64,000 nucleotides of DNA from the human T2T-CHM13v2.0 reference genome, Homo sapiens. Of the stretch, positions 57,885 to 64,000 are shown one piece after another. Both the position numbers and the translations under genes were made by a program. The DNA lies in the NCBI RefSeq assembly GCF_009914755.1, contig NC_060926.1, one strand, 5' to 3'. The notes under the pieces are model-generated. The model was not told where the DNA came from. It did not search any database and saw only the letters and a list, made by a program, of their open reading frames with translations. Numbering within the stretch: the stretch's first letter is position 1; every line of letters starts with the position of its first letter.

Positions 57885-59290
57885 TGAAACATTTGAATTT
57901 TTTTTAAAAAGTCCCATTATGGAATGTCTTTAGGAGAATGGCTCTATGCAGTTTGGAAGAGAGCATCTAAGTAACCATTTTAGTCCAAAGCTACAGGAGT
58001 CCTGGAAAAATTTTAAGGTCTAGAATTTGTTCACAATACTGCCAGTGCCATATGTGTGTTGAGCACAGCCTCTCACTAAATTCTGATCTATATCCTTACC
58101 TCCATGAAAATGGTGACCTTTAAGTGTCAGCCTCTCACTTTGTTTTCAATATGGTGAGAAGCAAGTATGTGACTTGGCCACTTACACGGCCACATCTGAG
58201 ACACTAAATTGTGTTTCATCAAGTAATACAGACATACGTAAAGCATGATCCGCAGAAACAGACTGCAAAAAATCCAAATTGCATGCATTGATGTAACAAC
58301 TTACAAAATGAAAAAGAATGATTCATACTCTCAAGAGATATAAAATTGAACAAATGTGAGCACACAGAAAAAAAATCACAAAATTATTGTTATATGAAAA
58401 ACAAACACAGGGAATTTTATGTTTTGTTATTTGATGTATTCCAAGTGCCTCAAATATATCTGGCACACAATAGTCAGTCAATAAATATATGTCAAATGAA
58501 CGAATGACTGAGACAATATGAATGAGGAAAGGGTACTATTTCTAGAAGGTTCTTACATTCGTTGATCATGACAATTCTAACCCTCTCCTATGAGTAAATC
58601 TGCCTTGACATTTAAAAAAATTATATAAACTAGGATACCCTTGGATCCTAAGAAAATAAACACAGAATAGCTAAATTTTAAATGGAGAAAGAAATTATGG
58701 TATTTGTGATTTTAAAGAATAAGGTATTAGGAATTGGAGGGAAGAATCTAGAAGGACAGAGTGCTGGAGATGGGCCCCTGTGGGGAAGTGTGCCTTCAGG
58801 ATAGAAGAGACAGGCATCCAAGACAAATGTTTCTTCTTTGTAATTTTGCCAGGGTCAACCAGATTCCTACACCATAAGCAAAGTGCGCTTAAGCAAGTAG
58901 AGTGGAAAAATAGACGGAGAAGTTTCTCTACTTATACCTGCTGGTAAAACTACTGGACAAAAAGATGAAATATGCAGTCTTGGGGAGGGTTTGTCTTATC
59001 TTAGACCAAAGTAATTTTGACTTAAAAAAATTTAAGGGCCTCATTAATTAAGGGCATTGAAACTATGAAGAATCAAATGTGACTGATTTTCGTTGGCTGT
59101 TCCAGAACACATTACATTAAAAAGATATATTTAAAACATATATCATGGAGCAGCATTGTCTAAAATTATAGGTAAGTTTGGGCACTGACCATAATCCACT
59201 TTCTGTCAATTAAAATTATAGTAAATATAAATAATTACTAAACTATGGAACCAAAATACTACATTAATTTGATTGATAAAATTGAGTCCA

Positions 59291-59605
59291 GACCAGGCAC
59301 AGTAGCTCATGTCTCTAATCCCAGCACTTTGGGAGGCTGAGGCAGGCAGATCACCTGAGGTCAGGAGTTCAAGACCAGCCTGGCTAACATGGTAAGACCC
59401 CATCTCTACTAAAAATACAAAAAGGAGCTGGGTGTGGTGGCGCACATCTGTAATCCCAGCTACTTGGGAGACTGAGGCAGGAGAATGGCTTGAACTGGGA
59501 GGCGGAGGTTGCAGTGAGCTGAGATCATGTGCCACTGCACTCTAGCCTAGGCAACAGAACAAGACTCTGTCTCAAAAAATAAAATAAAATAAATAAAATA
59601 AAATA
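59291..59605 (+). mobile_element. AluSx-like with (AAAAT)n tail
   Basis: cacctgaggtcaggagttcaagacc; aaa(t/a)tgagtcca repeated on both sides. Confidence 0.93.
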
Positions 59606-60469
59606 AAAAATGAGTCCAATACCATATTATCTCTTTTTATTTTAATCTTGTAAAGAACTCATGATATCTAGCATATCTGTAGCTGTATGTTGCAACATTT
59701 TGTAGCTAGAATGACTACACAGCCCTTCAAGACACACGTACAAACAAGTAGTATAATTTTCCAGACCATGATGTTCCAGTACAGTCAAGTACCATAAAAA
59801 AACAAAATGAGCAATATGTCATTGGTGGGTATGACTCGCAGGGCATTAGCTAATGCAATTTTCCAATAGGGAGTCTACTCAACAGATATAACGCTAAACA
59901 GAATTTTTCTTAGTAAAATTTACAACTTCATATTTTTATACTTGAGAGAAACATATGGTTCAGTACTTACAGACTTAGCAGTAGTGGGAGGCCTGTGAAA
60001 ACTGTTTGCAGCTACAACTTGGAGCACATCTTTAGGACTTCTCTCAGAACTCTTTTAAGGACTTATTCTTTTTCTAATGCTAAATACATACTTAGTTCTA
60101 TTTTACTTACTTGTATCATTCATTATAATCAACATGAATATTATCTAAAGGACATTTTTATTTTTACCAAGAGAAACAAACTGCCAAAGTTCCTTGTGCT
60201 ACTGATTTAAAAAAAGAAATAAATCAAAGAAAAAATATTGCCTTAATTTTTTTGCACCAATTCTGCAAATGGTTTTCAAAAGCTATGATTAGGTGCACAT
60301 AAATTCTATCTGCCTTGGTTGACCTCACATTTTCAAATCCCTTTTCTTTCTTTACCTATCCACTGATATCACCTTCTGCTCCTGGCATTGTCAGACTTCA
60401 GTATCACACATATCTATCTATAGAGTATGCCTATAATTCTGAGCATTCAGACCCTAAACACTAAACATA

Positions 60470-60579
60470 GATCCTCACTATGCTGCCCAGGTTGGTCCTG
60501 AATTCCTGGGCTCAAGCAATCCTCCCACCTCAGCCTCCTGAGTAGCTGGAACTACAGGTAAACACCACTGTGCCTGGCT
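60470..60579 (-). mobile_element. FLAM Alu monomer
   Basis: 'ctcactatgctgcccaggttggtcctgaattcctgggctcaagcaatcctccc'. Confidence 0.8.
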
Positions 60580-63259
60580 TAACATTGTCATTCTCACAAC
60601 TATTTTTATTTCTATAAAAAATTCACATAATTATTGTTATATGAAAAGATGGTTAAAGAATATGCAGACAAAAATATAGAAAAATATAACAGAGATGTGC
60701 CAGATAAGTCAATAAAAACATTATATCATTTTTCTGGATTTTGTAATTTTTAGTGGTATTTGTCAGTTTTTGAAAACTTAAATTTGTCACAATTTTTTTT
60801 CTCTTATTCATTTTCATACCAATTTTGGTCTGCAATTAAGTATTTTTTTTCTTAGCAAGGGCCCCCAAATTAATAATCTTCAGGCCACACAAAACCTGGG
60901 TCTGCCTTTGCCCAGTGCCTGGCTCAGAACCTGGCAAATTAGGTATTTGTTGAAAGGAACACTCTGTTTCTATCAACCCAAGGGTAGTGACTTCATACTC
61001 AGCTTAGTGAAAGTAGAGTCAGCCTATGCTGAGAGTTCTTTAGCATATCCAGCCTCCAGACTGGACCAGTTTCGGCAGAGTGGTAGTACTACACCTGCCA
61101 GCAGAGATCCTAAACTCAGCTAGTGGGAAGCCGAGATAGCAAAGGCAGAGAAAATGAGGCCGAAGACTGTCACGTTGTTTTACAGTCAAGAAACAATATT
61201 TTTCCTTATGCTTTCATTTTTGAAAGGTACTGAAATTAATGAAAAGAAACTCTTTCTGTCTCCAAAGAGTATGCAAATTAGTTTTCATGTGCTTGGAAAT
61301 TTATTCTTTTGAGTTATGTTTCTCATTTGAAGAATATGGTTACTCACCCTTCCCTTTACACTGTATAATGCGAAACATATGTGAATAGGATTACATCAAG
61401 TCCCAAGATATCAGTATTTGGAAGTGACTGAAGTCTTCCACATAGAGTTCCAAGTTAAAATACTTTACTTGAATTAGCATGTGAATTGTGAATTGTGATA
61501 TTGTTATTCTATTTATGTTTGTACTATTTCCACCCTAAAATAATGTTTAACCTCAAAATTTCTAGATTGCTTCATCAAGTGCTAGAAGTTTAGGAAACTC
61601 CCTTAACTAAAGATAAAGTCAAATCTAGATATGGGGCTGGGTTAACTGCTTCATAATGGAGCTGCTTCTGAAGCACCAGCACCTAGATCTAGAGCCACCC
61701 ATCAGACCAGGTGGGATCACCCAGAGCCTGATGGGAGAGATGGGGTAGCCAGTCCTCACTCAAGGTGCTGGGCGAAATTATAGTGCATCATGATACCTAA
61801 GGAGTATAACAATCGATAAATTCACACAGTTGATGCTATGGATTCTGATACTCAGAGTGGGGTGCCCCAAATGGGAGAAAATATGAAACTAAGAAGAAAC
61901 CAAACCAATAACAGAGTCAGTACCAGCCACAGGGAAGCAAGGCAGAAACTCCGTTAACTAAACTGAAGCACAAGCAGGTGCACAAGTGGATCTTGGAGGA
62001 TGAGACAGAGACTTGTAATCAGAACTTGAGCAGGTAGTCAGAGTTGGCCTGGCAACATGGGTGACTTGATGCTGAATCCCATAGTATTGGGCTACAGCCC
62101 CTTAAACCTCTTCTGTTCAAGTCGTATAATAGACAGTAGGATAAGTTCAGCTCATGGTTAGGACCATGAAGCCTTTGATGAGGGAAGAAGGGAACTGCAG
62201 AAACTTGGAGCCAAGCGAGAACTAACTGATGATGAAATAAAGGAAAGTCCTATTTCTGTACAGGACTTTTGAAATAAAACATCAAAAGAGAACATGTAAA
62301 TAAAACTTAATGACATAAGGAAAATAACTGGACTCTTCTATGCTACTTCTAAGAAAGAGAAGACCTCTTAGTAAGGGGAAATATTTTTAGTGGGAGAAAG
62401 AAATAATCAGATTTTTAAAACACACATTGTTTAGTTTTCCTTTACATATAATAAGGCAAGAAAGTAACTGTCAATAGAGAACATAATTAAGGACTCTTTT
62501 TTAAAAATTCAGGAAGAATTAAGTTAGGATAAAGAAAGCTGCTTTCTCTTTCTAATACTGATTTAGCAACTGTTTGACATGAATTCCTCACCTAGGAAGC
62601 TGCTCAGCACATTTTTTCTCTTGACTCACTGCCTGACTCACCAGGGAGATAGGCTGTTTCCAATTCTGGACGTCACTGGGGTCTATCATTTAGCCCCACA
62701 TATAATTGCTCAATTCCTGGGTCTAGGGTGGGGAATACTTTAAAGGATTCAATATATTGTAAGTGGAATTTAGAATTTGCCTTGTTGGCATAGACTTGGT
62801 GTCTGACAAGCTCAGGATGACCACATATTAGTCCCTAACGCTGCCATGTTGGCTCAGTTTCTATCACTGCTCCAATCTCCGTTCCTTACTTAGTATTCCA
62901 ATTCTTTATGGGATGGAGACTTATACCAAGACCTAGTCTTCCTAGCTGGGCATCTGATGCATTGTTAGCTCTGGATCTTGTCTCCTAAAAGACTGAATCC
63001 TGCTTTTTATACCCATAGCCTCCACCTAGCATTCTTCTTGGAAGGTAAATGATAACCCTAAAGCCATGGAAATGGTGCTTGCTTATCTTAGAGCACTGCT
63101 TACTGCTTGAATATTTGCCTAGAATAACACTGAGATTAGCACCATTACACCCTTGGACACTGAATGGAGCTGACTGAATAGTGATCCTGAAGGCCATCAG
63201 ACCAGAGTCTCCAGTCTCTTTCTTCACCTAGGGTATCAGGGAGGATCTCCATAATGTGT

Positions 63260-63490
63260 TGCATGGAGGATAAAAGCAAAGATTTGGAACCTAACAGACG
63301 TAGGGTTGATCCTAGCTCTGTCACTTAATTTTAGATAAATTACTGAATGTTTCTAGACCTATTATCTCATCTGCAAAAATGAGGATAATGATTCCTATTC
63401 ACATAATAACTATGAAATTAAATGAGATAAATAATATAAAGCATTTACTACGGTGCCTGCATGTAAACGCTGCTTAAATCATTGCTATTT
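63260..63490 (+). mobile_element. MIR
   Basis: 'ctcatctgcaaaaatgaggataat..attaaatgagataa..aaagcattta..gtgcctg'. Confidence 0.75.
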
Positions 63491-63665
63491 AGTTATTAGC
63501 AAATGTAAGGGAAAAAAACTATATTAATTCATCCAACAAATGTTTAGTTGCCTATTTGCTGCCAATTATTGTATTGAGCTCTGGAGGTACAAAGGTGATG
63601 ACATGAAAAAGAATCAGTAAATAGACATCTTCAAAACAGTGTGCTGTGAATAGTGCAATGACATG

Positions 63666-64000
63666 TGTATTAGTCCATTTACACACTGTTATAAAGAACT
63701 ACCCAAGACTGGGTAATATATAAAGAAAAGAAATTTAATTGAGTCACAGTTCCACATGGCTGGGGAGGCCTCAGGAAACTTACAATCATGGCAGAAAAGA
63801 AAGCAGTCATGTTTTACATGGCAGCAGGCGAGAGAGGGCATGTGAAGGAGGAACTGTCAAACACGTATAAAACCATCAGATCTCATGAGAACTCACTCAC
63901 TATCATGAGAACAGCATGGGGGAAACTGCCCCCATGATCCAATCACCTCCCACCAGGTCGCTCCCTCGACACATGGGATTATGGGGATTACAATTTGGGA
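63666..64000 (-). mobile_element. THE1D-like MaLR LTR (runs off the window end)
   Basis: tgtattagtccattt...gctggggaggcctcaggaaacttacaatcatggcagaa...ccccatgatccaatcacctccc. Confidence 0.88.

Noticed and set aside
61343-61460. Minus-strand donor-like site (gtgagt) with a possible coding exon
   Set aside because: All three frames contain stops

Overview
Human genomic DNA (it carries a human-specific AluYb8). The window is AT-rich and repeat-dense, with no CpG island, and I can support no intact protein-coding gene, so it looks intronic or intergenic. Main content: a near full-length processed HNRNPA1 pseudogene (minus strand, about 22.9-24.2 kb, with TSDs), a solo MER11 (HERV-K11) LTR, about 15 Alu/FAM/FLAM elements, several nested L1s, L2/MIR, MaLR/ERVL LTRs, hAT and Tigger DNA transposons, and a 42-nt tailless 5S rRNA retrocopy with TSDs. 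The most unusual signal is a set of locally templated insertions inside three different L1 copies: (1) a ~480-bp patchwork of two inverted and one direct copy of sequence within 3 kb (41044-41528); (2) a ~220-bp copy of the flank of an L1's own insertion site, embedded inside that L1 (54224-54489); (3) three foldback/duplication scars in one L1PA, including a perfect 27-bp inverted repeat (11113-11195). I see no evidence of a new gene system; these are molecular fossils of template switching or repair. Repeat subfamily names come from recalled consensus sequences, and the ends of old repeats are approximate.
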